In this document: positions 1 through 9,923 of the stretch, piece after piece | Numbering within the stretch: the stretch's first letter is position 1 | Layout of the letters: each line of letters starts with the position of its first letter | Source: Endomicrobiales bacterium | Lineage (GTDB): Bacteria; Elusimicrobiota; Endomicrobiia; Endomicrobiales; CAWCFT01 | Length of the DNA stretch: 64,000 nt | Reading direction: 5' to 3' | Assembly: GCA_963794945.1 (NCBI GenBank) | Contig: CAWCFT010000016.1 | Coordinates: 32,001-96,000 of the forward strand | Notes under the pieces: generated by a model | What the model was told of the DNA's origin: nothing | The model's database searches: none | What the model saw: the letters and a program-made list of their open reading frames with translations, nothing else | Made by a program: the position numbers and the translations under genes

Positions 1-720
1 ACGGGCTTCTTTTTTTCTGCGAAGAAAGATTTTTTTTTCTTTTTATCATCCTGCTGAGCGGCCTTAAGCTTTTCCATCTCTTCTTTAAATATTACAGAAC
101 CCTTCTTCTATGTCCCTGCAAATATTATTGAGCCTTACCACTGCCCTCTTTACCGCATCTTCACTTTCCTTTTCAATTTCTATAGCAACGTTTGAAATCT
201 TGCGGTCAAGCTCCGATTTTTTTAGTTCGGCCTCGCTCTGGACTATTTTTACCTTGTCGTCATAACCCTTAAGGACAGCGTTGAGCTCTTCAATTTTCTT
301 GTCAAAAGCCTGCTGGTCGTTTCCCCTCGCCTTGAAACTTATGGCGAGTTCGTTCTTAAGCCTTTCAAATTCCTGGGTCAGCATTCCATTTTTCTCTTCC
401 ACTTCTTTTTTATTCTTTCTGAGGTCAAGGACTTCCTGGCGCAGGAACCTTATCTCCGAGGCCTGGGCAGTAAGCTTTGCGCGCACTTCTGTATCATTTA
501 AACCTATCAGGCTTTGCAGCAGAACATTTTCGTCTTTGACAGCGAAGACCGCCTTGTCGCAAGCATCAAGCGACCTGAGAAGTTCTTCCTGGTACCCGTC
601 AAGCATGGCCAAAAACAGCTTTAGCCCAAACTCGCCCAGGGAAGCCGAAGCCTTGTGCACAAGCATTTTCTTTAGCTCTTCGAACTTGATAGCGAGTTCG
701 CTCATTTTTATATCAGCCAT
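1..720 (-). CDS. Coiled-coil protein of unknown function, probably frameshifted near 100 and running off the window start
   Basis: ORF 85..786 with likely start MADIKMSE at 720 and heptad-rich K/E/L sequence. An alternative frame after about 100 reads SVIFKEEMEKLKAAQQDDKKKK with no stop to position 1. Confidence 0.6.
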
Positions 721-748
721 AGTTAATACCTTTCCGCCATATAGAATA

Positions 749-2817
749 TCATATCTTTCCGATAATGGCATTCGCCACCGAAACAATAAGAGAGTTAATG
801 CGTTTGAACTGTTCTATAAGGTCCAGATGGACGCTAGACGTTTCAAGCGACTCCTGCAGGCCTGCGTTGATCCGTCCTATATGCCTCTTGCGCAGCTCTG
901 CTTCATAATCGTTTATATCTGACTTTGTAGATGCCACAGATTTTGCAAGCTCCTGGTTGTTATTATCCAGAGCGGCCGTTACCCGCCTGAGGTTCTCTGC
1001 CACCCTGGAATGCATGTCAACTATATCCTTCCAGCCGTCGTCCGAGAACCACAGTTTATTCTCAAGTTTTTTACGCGCCAGCGGCATAATATTCTTGTCT
1101 ATGATGTCTCCGACCAACTCTATGTCGGCCGCGATATAAAGAAGCTTTATTTCCTGGGAGGACTGCTCCTCGTTCAAAGCGGAATTCTGCGCGAGCTTTG
1201 TAAGGTACGGCACGACTGCGTTCCGCAGGACGTCCGCGCGGAAATCCTTCAGTGACACGGTCTCTGAAAGTTTGAGGTCCTGCGATTCAAATACCCTGAG
1301 GGTGTCGTCCATCATCTCCTGAACTATCCGGCCTTCCCTTACTATTTCCTTGCGCGCCTGGTCGAGCGCCAGCGAAGGCGTGTTAATAAGGCCTTCATCT
1401 ATGAACATGGGCCCGAAAGGCTTTTCCTCTTCAATTTGGGGGTAAACCGCACACAGCAGACTTCTTCATATAGGGAAGGAGCGGAAAAAATATCATTACG
1501 TTTAACGCAAACGCCAGTGTGTGAGCCATCGCTATCTGACGGGCGGGGTCATCGGTTCGGATAAAGTGAAGTGTGAACCACTTTATAAAATATATCCATG
1601 ACGCTTCGCCATGATAACGGACGATAGTTAAGAACGGGAAAATAAGCAGTACCCCGGCCGACTGGTGAAAGACGTGCCACAGCGCGACCCTCTTTCCTTC
1701 CCTGCCACGGCCTATGGAACCGAGCGCCGCAGTAACGCAGGTGCCTATCTGCGCGCCGAGATTTAGGGGTATGGCCTGTGATATACTGACCCCTCCAGCC
1801 AGCGCGAGGGCGATGACTATGCCGGAGGTGGCGCCGCTGGAATGCACAAGCATCGTAAACACCATGCCGGCAAGAATGCCGAGAATGGGGTTTTCCGCGC
1901 TTTTCATAAGCTCAAGGAACGGGCCGTAATTGCGTAGCGGCGCGAGCAGGTCAGTCATTATCTGCATCCCAAGGAACAACAGGCCGAAGCCGAGCAGAAT
2001 GTTCCCTATATTTTTTATCTTGTTGCTTTTACCGAAAAATGAAACATAAAAACCGGCGCCGGCAATGACAACTGAATACTCGCTTAAACGGAAAGCTACC
2101 AGCTGGGCCGTTACCGTTGAACCGAGCTCCGCCCCCATTGTAACCGCCATTGTTCTGGTAAAATGTCAGAAGCCCGGCGCTTACAAGGCTTACTTCAAGA
2201 AGTGTCGTTGCCGAGCTTGACTGGTTGAAAAGCGTGACAAAGAGGCCGGTTGTCATCCCCCTGATAGGCGAACCTGTAAGCTTTACAAGCAGGTCGCGCA
2301 GCCTGTGGCCCGTCATTTTCCCTATGGTATCGTTAAGGAAGAACATCCCGAAAAGGAATATGCCGAGCCCGCCGGTTATTTCAAATAACAAGACAACGCC
2401 CCAGTTCTTGGCCTTTGAACCGGCCGTAAAAACAGCCGGCGCGCCCATGGATTTAGGCGTGGACGCCGAAACGATCACATCTCCGGTATAGGGGTATCCG
2501 AGGTTAAGCCTCGTACGTGCGAAACCCGCTGTGTCAGTGATTGATATCGGGCTCGAGAGGGACGGCAGAATTTTCGGCGGTTTTGAACTATTTTTACCGC
2601 ACTGTGAAACTATAGTAAATCCTACCGGTATGCCCGTTAAAGGTTTGTCTCCCTCATCGTTTACCACCCTGACCACAAAATCTTCCCCAAGTGGATAGCC
2701 TTCGATGCCGGACTGGTTATCTCCGGAAACCTTGATGAGCTGTTCAGCAGCGCAAACTATGCCGCTCGAAATGAGCGAAGCCATGGCCACCGCGATAATT
2801 AATTTCCGTGCTTTCAA
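749..2817 (-). CDS. Na+/Pi cotransporter family protein with N-terminal signal peptide + Ig-like domain and C-terminal PhoU-like domain (two frameshifts)
   Basis: Three consecutive ORFs (2029..2817, 1431..2150, 749..1408). They carry the Na/Pi repeat motifs GGLGIFLFGM...QSSSATT and GFGLLFLGM...HSSGAT, GAELGSTVT/GAQIGTCVT, and a PhoU-like tail (TPSLALDQARKE...ETSSVHLDLI). Confidence 0.85.
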
Positions 2818-3221
2818 CGCAGGTCCTTTCTGCCGAATGCTGCCGGCAGAAGTTTTGATATCTTGACAGTTCTCTTCCTGCTTTTACCCGACAATATAAC
2901 ATCAGCGTTCTTTCCAAACTCGTATATCACCTGCCTGCACGCGCCGCAGGGCGCAATAGCCGCTGCACCAGGCCCGGCGACCGCGACCGCTTTTACTTCT
3001 CTCTGCCCGTCAGCGGCGGCCTTAAAAACTGCAACCCTCTCGGCACAGCAGGATAAACCGTATGAAGCGTTCTCAACGTTCGTTCCGGTATAGATTTTGT
3101 TGTCTCCGACCAGCACGGCTGCCCCTACTTTGAACTTTGAATATGGGCAATAAGCATTCAAACGGGCCTTTTTTGCCGCTTCGATAAGTTCAATGTATTG
3201 TTTTTTCAATTCAGCCTCCAT
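2814..3221 (-). CDS. cdd: Cytidine deaminase
   Basis: AYCPYSKFKVGAA, NVENASYGLSCCAER and PCGACRQ motifs; likely start MEAELKK at 3221. Confidence 0.95.
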   Translation of the reverse strand: MEAELKKQYIELIEAAKKARLNAYCPYSKFKVGAAVLVGDNKIYTGTNVENASYGLSCCAERVAVFKAAADGQREVKAVAVAGPGAAAIAPCGACRQVIYEFGKNADVILSGKSRKRTVKISKLLPAAFGRKDLR

Positions 3222-3255
3222 AAAGCATATTTCGAATACCCTAAAGGGTGCTTTC

Positions 3256-3405
3256 AATTTGAGAGCTTTAGAAAAGCCATCAACTGTCTTGATTACGATG
3301 ATTATTAACTGCTATTACAGCGATTAAAGGCTTTAAATCACCGTAATCTTAGTTTTTTAATCGCTGTAATCAGAGATTGTTGAGGTTTTTCAACAATTTT
3401 AATTT
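3256..3405. repeat. MITE-like element with imperfect terminal inverted repeats and internal 15-bp inverted repeat / GATTA-TAATC units
   Basis: ATTACAGCGATTAAA (3314-3328) and TTTAATCGCTGTAAT (3356-3370) are a perfect inverted pair. The right end GGTTTTTCAACAATTTTAATTT matches 5763-5784 at 19/22. Confidence 0.6.
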
Positions 3406-3456
3406 ATACTTTATCATTAAATATATTTAATCTTGAAATGCAAATAAACTACAATG

Positions 3457-5593
3457 CTAAATATTCAGATCTATACTTGAAATGTATTTTATTTCGGGCA
3501 GCTCAAGCGATACTTTTGTGCCCTTCATGTACTCAGACTCTACCCTCACTTTACCCTTATGGTTCTCTTCTATCATACGTTTGACAACGTACATTCCAAC
3601 GCCGGAACCGTTCTTGAACGATGATTTTGTGGTGAAGAACGGAGCAAATATTTTGTTTAAGTTCTCTGCTTTTATACCTACGCCGTTATCGGACACTTCA
3701 ATTATGCTTGACCTGTCTCTTTTGATCACGCTAAGGAGTATCTCTGGCTTGAAATCTTCGCCATCTTTGAGATTGTAATCAGTCTTTTCTTTTATGGCTT
3801 CGTACGCGTTATCGAGGATATTGTAAAGGCACTCCATCACCTGAGATTTCATCCCGTAGACCGGCCGTGTCCCCGAGTGCAACCGCAAGCGGGAACACAG
3901 GTATCTGATGTTTGACGCACAGAAGGTCGAGTGTCGGGCTGATCACTTCCTTGATCTGGAACTCGGAAAACGACGCCCCGGATTCTTCCACACGCGCAAA
4001 GCTCAGGACGCCCTGTATGACGTTGGAAGTTTTCTTTACATTCTCAAGCATTGAATTGGATATTTCTTCGAGGTATTCGAAAGTCTTTTTGAGGTCCGGC
4101 GACTTGTTGACAAGCTGCTCGTTATTTTTCATGAACTCCCTTATCTCGTACTGCTGTTCACCGGCCGCGATCGAGAACTGGTTAAGCCGGTTCTTGATCT
4201 GGTGGGCCACGCCGTCCGCCATGCCGCCAAGGGATGATAGCTTGTCCGCGTTGAATATCTTCTCCTGCGCTTTCTCGAATTCTTTGAGGTACATACAGTT
4301 CTCTATCGCGACCGCCGCCTGGCCGGAGAGGGTCAAAAAGATATTTATATCTTCTTCGGAATAGTTTGTCTTATCGAGTTTGTCTCCGAGAAGCAGGAAA
4401 CACACGAGCCTCTCATCAATAAAGCTCGGTACTATCAGCCTTATGCCCAAGTCTATTTCCTTAAAACCATCGAGTGACGAAGGGAGTTCGTCTATCGTTA
4501 CCGGGCGCTTGTGCTCTTTTAAGAATATGACCAGCGGATGAGTGTAAGAAAAATAAAATTTCGGGTGGAGCCTGCCGGGGTCTTTTACCGCTTTTAGCAC
4601 AAAAGCCTTGTCTTCTGCGCTGTTGACGAATATCGCCGCGAACTCGATGTGCACAGCCCTTTTTACAGCGTAGACTATAAATTTGACCAGTTTGCCCAGG
4701 TCATGTTCCTTGGTCATGCTCTGGGATATATCTAGCAGGATCCTCTGGTAGCGTTTTTGCTGGAAGAGAAGTATATCTTTGACCTTTCTGCCGATCAAGT
4801 TATAGACGAATGGCCCTATGCTCGCGAGTACCCCCATCATCACTACAGCCAGGTTCCACCTTAAAGTGGAATTGCCGAACCAGAATGGGACACCGAGTAT
4901 AACCGCGTACAATACGGTGAATATTCCGGCTCTTGTTACAGTCATGCCTATTTCAGCGATGCTGTATTTCGCGAAAGCGAATCCCATAGCTATTCCTACA
5001 GTGACAAGAATGTTGCCGAATGAGGCTGTTTTTATGCCGTACCAGTAAAAATAATTAGAGCATACGCCGGCTAGCAATCCTATTAAAGAAACAAACAGAT
5101 ATTCGATCTCTTTCGTGCCAAGCCCGATAATACCGCTATAGTGTTCTTCAAAGAGCTTAAGACCCGGGATCGATGCCGCCACAAAGTAAAGGACGAACAA
5201 TACGAACAAAACCCCCGGCAGAGGTCCGTTCGCTTGTGTTCCTTTTATAAAAAACGGTGTCATATCTATTGCCGCAGCGAGAGCTGCGCAGGTAGTCAAT
5301 ATCTTGAAAGCTGAAGTGCGGCTTTTTCTATTTCCGGCTACGCTTACTGCGAAACCGTATAAAGCCGGTGGGATAGCGATCACTCCCAGTAAAGATATCC
5401 GCCACAACCAAACATTATACCAGCCGCCAAAAAGCCATTGAAAGGCCGCGCAAGCCGACCAGAAGGCTACGCATATCGACAAATAGGCGAACCCTTTGTC
5501 AATCTTTGACAGCGGCCTGTTCGCGAGACATAGCGCCGCGATCACGCAGGCCGTGAAACAATTAATAGCTATGCTTAGCTGGTAGAACTGCAT
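3457..5593 (-). CDS. Membrane sensor histidine kinase (multi-TM N-terminus, GAF, HisKA, HATPase), frameshift near 3870
   Basis: ORF 3809..5593 has TM helices, a GAF-like segment and the H-box GVAHQIKNRL. ORF 3457..3888 has NILDNA, DNGVG, FAPFFTTK and GSGVGM. Confidence 0.9.
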
Positions 5594-5642
5594 TCTTTTT
5601 CCCTGTTGATTACAATTTTGAAGACATTGTATTTAATTTTCT

Positions 5643-5784
5643 AATTTGAATTAATTGAAAAACCCCTCAATCCTGTCATTCCGAACCCCGTTTCATGTGG
5701 TGAGGAATCTTTATTTCGACGGAAGTAAGATTTCTCCGTTCGGTCGAAATGACAGCAAAATAGGTTTTTCAGCAATCTCAATTT
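5643..5784. repeat. REP-like palindromic dimer (GTCATTCCGA...GAGGAATCT / AGATTTCTC...TCGAAATGAC) inside MITE-like terminal inverted repeats, copy A
   Basis: Core 5673-5755 is self-complementary. Flanks AATTTGAATTAATTGAAAAACC and GGTTTTTCAGCAATCTCAATTT form an imperfect outer stem. Related cores occur at 44079, 45503 and 47167. Confidence 0.8.
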
Positions 5785-5803
5785 TCAATTTTTATTTGAT
5801 TAG

Positions 5804-6712
5804 TTATAGTACATCAAAATGGGTCAATGTCTTGAAAGACCTGAAACGGCTGACTATTTCAGGCTTTGTTAGCCTTACAAGCCTGTTTAGACTGAAATCT
5901 TCAACGTTGAACGATGCCATGACGCTTCCCATGATTATAGCGCGCCTTATATCGGCTTCGGCAACCGAGCCTGACTTCGCGAGATAACCCATGAAACCGC
6001 CGGCGAACGTGTCTCCGGCTCCGGTTGGGTCGAATATTTTTTCAAGCGGGTAAGCGGGCGCTCCGAAAGTCTGCCCTTTGCCGAACAAGAGCACGCCGTA
6101 TTCTCCTCTTTTAACTACCAGCGATTTTGGGCCCCAGGACATTATGCACCTTGCGGCCTTTACAAGATTTGTCTCGTCGGCTAGCTGGCGTACCTCAGCT
6201 TCATTTATGACAAGTATATCAACATGCTTAAGGGTTTTTTTGAGGGCTGCCTTTTTGGAACTGATCCAGAAATTCATCGTATCACAGGCTACAAGCTTTG
6301 GCCGTTTGACCTGTTTTAACACATCCAGCTGGAGCTCCGGGTCGATGTTCGCCAGGAACACATACTCAGAATCAGCGTATATTTTTGGTATCTCCGGTTT
6401 GAACTGCGCGAAAACGTTAAGCTGAGTGTCCAGTGTTTTAGCGTTATTTAGATCAAAACCATACTCGCCTTTCCACTTGAAGGTCTTGCCCTGGACTTTT
6501 TTCAACCCTTCAATGTCTATCTTTTTTTTCTCCAGGAGTTTAATGTGCTTCTGTGGAAAATCACTTCCCACCACAGCGACAAGCCTTACTTTAGTAAAAA
6601 AGGAAGCTGATACGGAAAAATATGTCCCGGACCCACCCAGGGCGTTTGGAACATTACCAAAAGGCGTTTTGACCGAGTCCAGCGCAACAGAACCGACAAC
6701 AAGTATGCTCAT
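5804..6712 (-). CDS. PfkB family carbohydrate/nucleoside kinase
   Basis: GGSG N-terminal motif, NEAE, and DPTGAGDTFAGG PfkB signature. Confidence 0.92.
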   Translation of the reverse strand: MSILVVGSVALDSVKTPFGNVPNALGGSGTYFSVSASFFTKVRLVAVVGSDFPQKHIKLLEKKKIDIEGLKKVQGKTFKWKGEYGFDLNNAKTLDTQLNVFAQFKPEIPKIYADSEYVFLANIDPELQLDVLKQVKRPKLVACDTMNFWISSKKAALKKTLKHVDILVINEAEVRQLADETNLVKAARCIMSWGPKSLVVKRGEYGVLLFGKGQTFGAPAYPLEKIFDPTGAGDTFAGGFMGYLAKSGSVAEADIRRAIIMGSVMASFNVEDFSLNRLVRLTKPEIVSRFRSFKTLTHFDVL

Positions 6713-6731
6713 TTTGACTCCTTAAAATCAG

Positions 6732-6823
6732 GGATAAGGGGTAAGTGCTAAGTTGTAAGTGCAAAATCACTACAAGCGATTTTGACTTTACTTACCCCTT
6801 ACCGCTTATCCCTTACCACTTAG
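6732..6823. repeat. Inverted heptamer-repeat array (nnnTAAG x4 / CTTAnnn x5)
   Basis: GGATAAG GGGTAAG TGCTAAG TTGTAAG ... CTTACCC CTTACCG CTTATCC CTTACCA CTTAG, intergenic. Confidence 0.7.
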
Positions 6824-7698
6824 AAATATTTTCCAACAATTGGCTTGAGCTTTTCGAGCGTCTTCTGGTTAATACTTTCTTTTGCCGTCATTACGGCATA
6901 TTTCAGCGACTGCCTGCAGGGGCAGTCAGCGCCAAGCTTTGCCAGATGGGGCAAGGCGTACTTAATGAGCTTTTTACTGTTGGCGACATTAGCCTTGATG
7001 TTCCCAACCACCTGATCAACACTCACCTCTTCGCCTTCTTTCCATACATCATAATCGGTCACAAGCCCTACCGTGACATAACATATCTCAGCTTCACGGG
7101 CAAGCTTTGCTTCCGGCAGAGCTGTCATTCCGATTATACTGAATCCGTGTTTCCTGTTGGCCTCGGATTCCGCTTTCGTTGAGAATGCCGGGCCTTCCAT
7201 GCAAACGTACGTGCCGCCGAAATGGTGCGAAATCCCGAGTTCTTTGACCCCCTGATGAATCACGCCGCGCATCGCTTCGCAAAAAGGCGAGGCGAATCCC
7301 ACGTGGGCCACTATACCCTCTCCAAAAAATGTGGAAGGCCTGGATTTTGTGCGGTCAAATATCTGGTCAGGTATCAAAAATTCTTTTGGTTTTACATCTT
7401 CCCTGAGCGACCCGCAGGCCGAAACTGAGATTATCTGTTCAACCCCGAGGGTTTTCAACGCGTATATATTTGCCCGTGAATTTACTTCTGTGGGAAGGAT
7501 CTTGTGCCCTCTAGCATGCCTTGGCAGGAAAGCGCATCTTATCCCGCTGAGATTTCCTACTACTATTGAATCCGAGGGGTCTCCGAAAGGCGTCTTGATA
7601 TCAACTTCCTCCAGCCCTTCTATCCCTTCTATTTCATAGACCCCGCTGCCGCCTATAACAGCGATTCTCACCGGTTCGATCTCTTTTCCATTTGGCAT
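6820..7698 (-). CDS. mtnP: S-methyl-5'-thioadenosine phosphorylase
   Basis: IGGSG, FLPRH, ANIYALK, MEGPAFSTKAES, GMTALPEAKLARE and VTDYD motifs. Confidence 0.93.
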   Translation of the reverse strand: MPNGKEIEPVRIAVIGGSGVYEIEGIEGLEEVDIKTPFGDPSDSIVVGNLSGIRCAFLPRHARGHKILPTEVNSRANIYALKTLGVEQIISVSACGSLREDVKPKEFLIPDQIFDRTKSRPSTFFGEGIVAHVGFASPFCEAMRGVIHQGVKELGISHHFGGTYVCMEGPAFSTKAESEANRKHGFSIIGMTALPEAKLAREAEICYVTVGLVTDYDVWKEGEEVSVDQVVGNIKANVANSKKLIKYALPHLAKLGADCPCRQSLKYAVMTAKESINQKTLEKLKPIVGKYF

Positions 7699-7711
7699 GC
7701 TTCCTCCTTTT

Positions 7712-9874
7712 TTAGCTGATGCTTTCACTCGATTTCAAGTCGACTATCAAAAGCTGCACGCTGGACCTATCCTGCCAGGTGTTTACTTCAAGCTGTACCG
7801 CAAGGTCAACAAACCCATCAGGCGCGATATCCTCTTCCATGGCGCCCATTCCCCAGCCCACGGCTCCAAGCGCGGCGTCGCCGTTTCTGGATATCTTAAG
7901 CTTCAAGTGGTCATTATTCGCGCCCATGCGCGTGAGTTCGCGTATCTTCATATTCTTAAGCGCGAAAAGCGGGTGGGGGTTACCCATCCCAAACGGTTCT
8001 AGGCGCGAGAGATCGTTTATCAGCTCCAAGGTAACCTCCGCCGGTTCAAGCTCGGCGTCGATGTCCACAGTTGGTACGAGGGCCTCTGGCGATATCTCGG
8101 TATCGGCTATCTTTTTGAGACGAGCCCTGAACTCGTCGATCTTGTCCACGGGCACCGTAAGGCCAGCCGCCTGGCTGTGGCCGCCGAATTTGACCAGTAT
8201 ATCTGAAACTTTCGATATGGCCGAGAGTATGTCGAAACCTTCGAACGAGCGCGCGGCCCCCATGGCCTCATTGCCTTCTATTATGAGAAGGATCGTAGGC
8301 CTGCGGTACTGCCTCATTATTTGAGAAGCTATTATACCGGTCACGCCGTGTTCGATACCGCTTGCCGTGACTATGAATATTTTGTCTTTATCCAGGTCGC
8401 ACTGGCTCTTTAGCACCGGGATGAATTTTTCAAGATTTTCTGCCTGGAGCTCCTTTCGTTCTGTGTTGAGCTGGAGTATTTCGGTTATCAGTTTTTCGGC
8501 CAGCCTCGGGTCGTCTGTCAGTAGGAGCTCACAGGAAAGGCCAGCTTTCCCTCGTTTGCCCGCGGCGTTCAAGACCGGCGTTATGCCCCATGAGACGGAC
8601 TTGGCCGACAGCGCTCCGGGCTTGCCGTTCCTCGCGCACTTTTCTATCAGCATCTTCAGGCCTACTTTCTGGGTGTGCGCGAGCTGTTTTAGCCCGCGTT
8701 TTACGAAAACCCTGTTCTCTTTGACTAGAGGCATTATGTCGGCGATCGTGCCAAGAGCTACGGCATCTAGGTTCGTCTCGCGGAAAAATATCATTCTCAG
8801 GTCGCTTAGCGCCTCTAGGTATTGGAAGTTCCTGGTTAGCGAAAAAGCTTTTTCTTCCGGCGTCCAGCCAGAGTCAATCTTTTCCGGGTTGTAGTTTTCT
8901 CCCGGGCCGCGCGCGAACAGCCTGCTTGAGTATTCTTCTAGATCAATCAATTTACCGGATATTTCTTCAATATTGTGACCGATCAAAATAGCATTCAGCT
9001 CATTTATCATGTTCTCTATGTTTTGCGAGATTGTGACCGAATCTTTGCAGAAAGCGCTAAACCGGCTAAGATTATCTTTTTCTATATTCGTGATATTTCC
9101 GCTTTGTCCCGGGTTAAATTCAAGCTTCTGTTTGCCGGCAGTTATGCCGTTCCTGGTCTTTACCGCGCAGAGGCTGTAACCGCCGTCTTTGCCGCCACTC
9201 ACTCCTAGAGCCACAAGATTTTTGTTAAAATATTTTCCGAAAGATTGCATGAGAGCTTCACAGACCTTAAAGGAGACAGCGCAGCCAGCCATATCGATGA
9301 ACGGGTATGTCGAGTCAACCCGTTTTGGGTCAACTACAGCGACAGCCTCGGGTATGCCGGTCACGGCAGGCTCGTGATGGTCCGTTACAACCACATCTAT
9401 ACCCAGCCCTTTCGCGAATTTCACGTTATCCGCAGCCGATATACCGCAGTCAACGGTTATAATAAGCGTCACACCCTGTTTAGCGTAGCGGTCTATCACT
9501 TCGTCATGAACACCGTAACCTTCGTCCGAAGGAATGTACCAGGAAGGTTCCGACCCTATGGACTTAAGGGTTCTTACCATTATGCATATGGACGTTATAC
9601 CGTCAACGTCCCTGTCGCCATAAACCAGGATCTTTTCTTTTTTATCTACCGCGCGGCGTATCCTTTCAACCGCAGCGCCCATGTCAGGCATAAGGAATGG
9701 GTTATACAGCAGACCTTTCTCAGGGTCCAGGAATAGTTCCGCTTCCTTAAGATTGGCCACACCGCGGCTTACAAGCACTTTTGCCGCTGGAGGTGATATC
9801 TTGAGCCCCTGGGCTATCTCCCGAATCATATTTTCGTCGTATAGTCTAAGGTTCCATTTTTTAGGAGGTATCAT
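7712..9874 (-). CDS. recJ: ssDNA exonuclease RecJ with a ~150-aa internal insertion
   Basis: GDRDVDG, EGYG, TVDCG, DHH, LGTIAD, FGGH and LEPFGMGNP motifs. Confidence 0.93.
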   Translation of the reverse strand: MIPPKKWNLRLYDENMIREIAQGLKISPPAAKVLVSRGVANLKEAELFLDPEKGLLYNPFLMPDMGAAVERIRRAVDKKEKILVYGDRDVDGITSICIMVRTLKSIGSEPSWYIPSDEGYGVHDEVIDRYAKQGVTLIITVDCGISAADNVKFAKGLGIDVVVTDHHEPAVTGIPEAVAVVDPKRVDSTYPFIDMAGCAVSFKVCEALMQSFGKYFNKNLVALGVSGGKDGGYSLCAVKTRNGITAGKQKLEFNPGQSGNITNIEKDNLSRFSAFCKDSVTISQNIENMINELNAILIGHNIEEISGKLIDLEEYSSRLFARGPGENYNPEKIDSGWTPEEKAFSLTRNFQYLEALSDLRMIFFRETNLDAVALGTIADIMPLVKENRVFVKRGLKQLAHTQKVGLKMLIEKCARNGKPGALSAKSVSWGITPVLNAAGKRGKAGLSCELLLTDDPRLAEKLITEILQLNTERKELQAENLEKFIPVLKSQCDLDKDKIFIVTASGIEHGVTGIIASQIMRQYRRPTILLIIEGNEAMGAARSFEGFDILSAISKVSDILVKFGGHSQAAGLTVPVDKIDEFRARLKKIADTEISPEALVPTVDIDAELEPAEVTLELINDLSRLEPFGMGNPHPLFALKNMKIRELTRMGANNDHLKLKISRNGDAALGAVGWGMGAMEEDIAPDGFVDLAVQLEVNTWQDRSSVQLLIVDLKSSESIS

Positions 9875-9923
9875 ATTTGCTCACTTCATTCGCTATTTCA
9901 AATCTCAAATTTCTTTAACTTAA

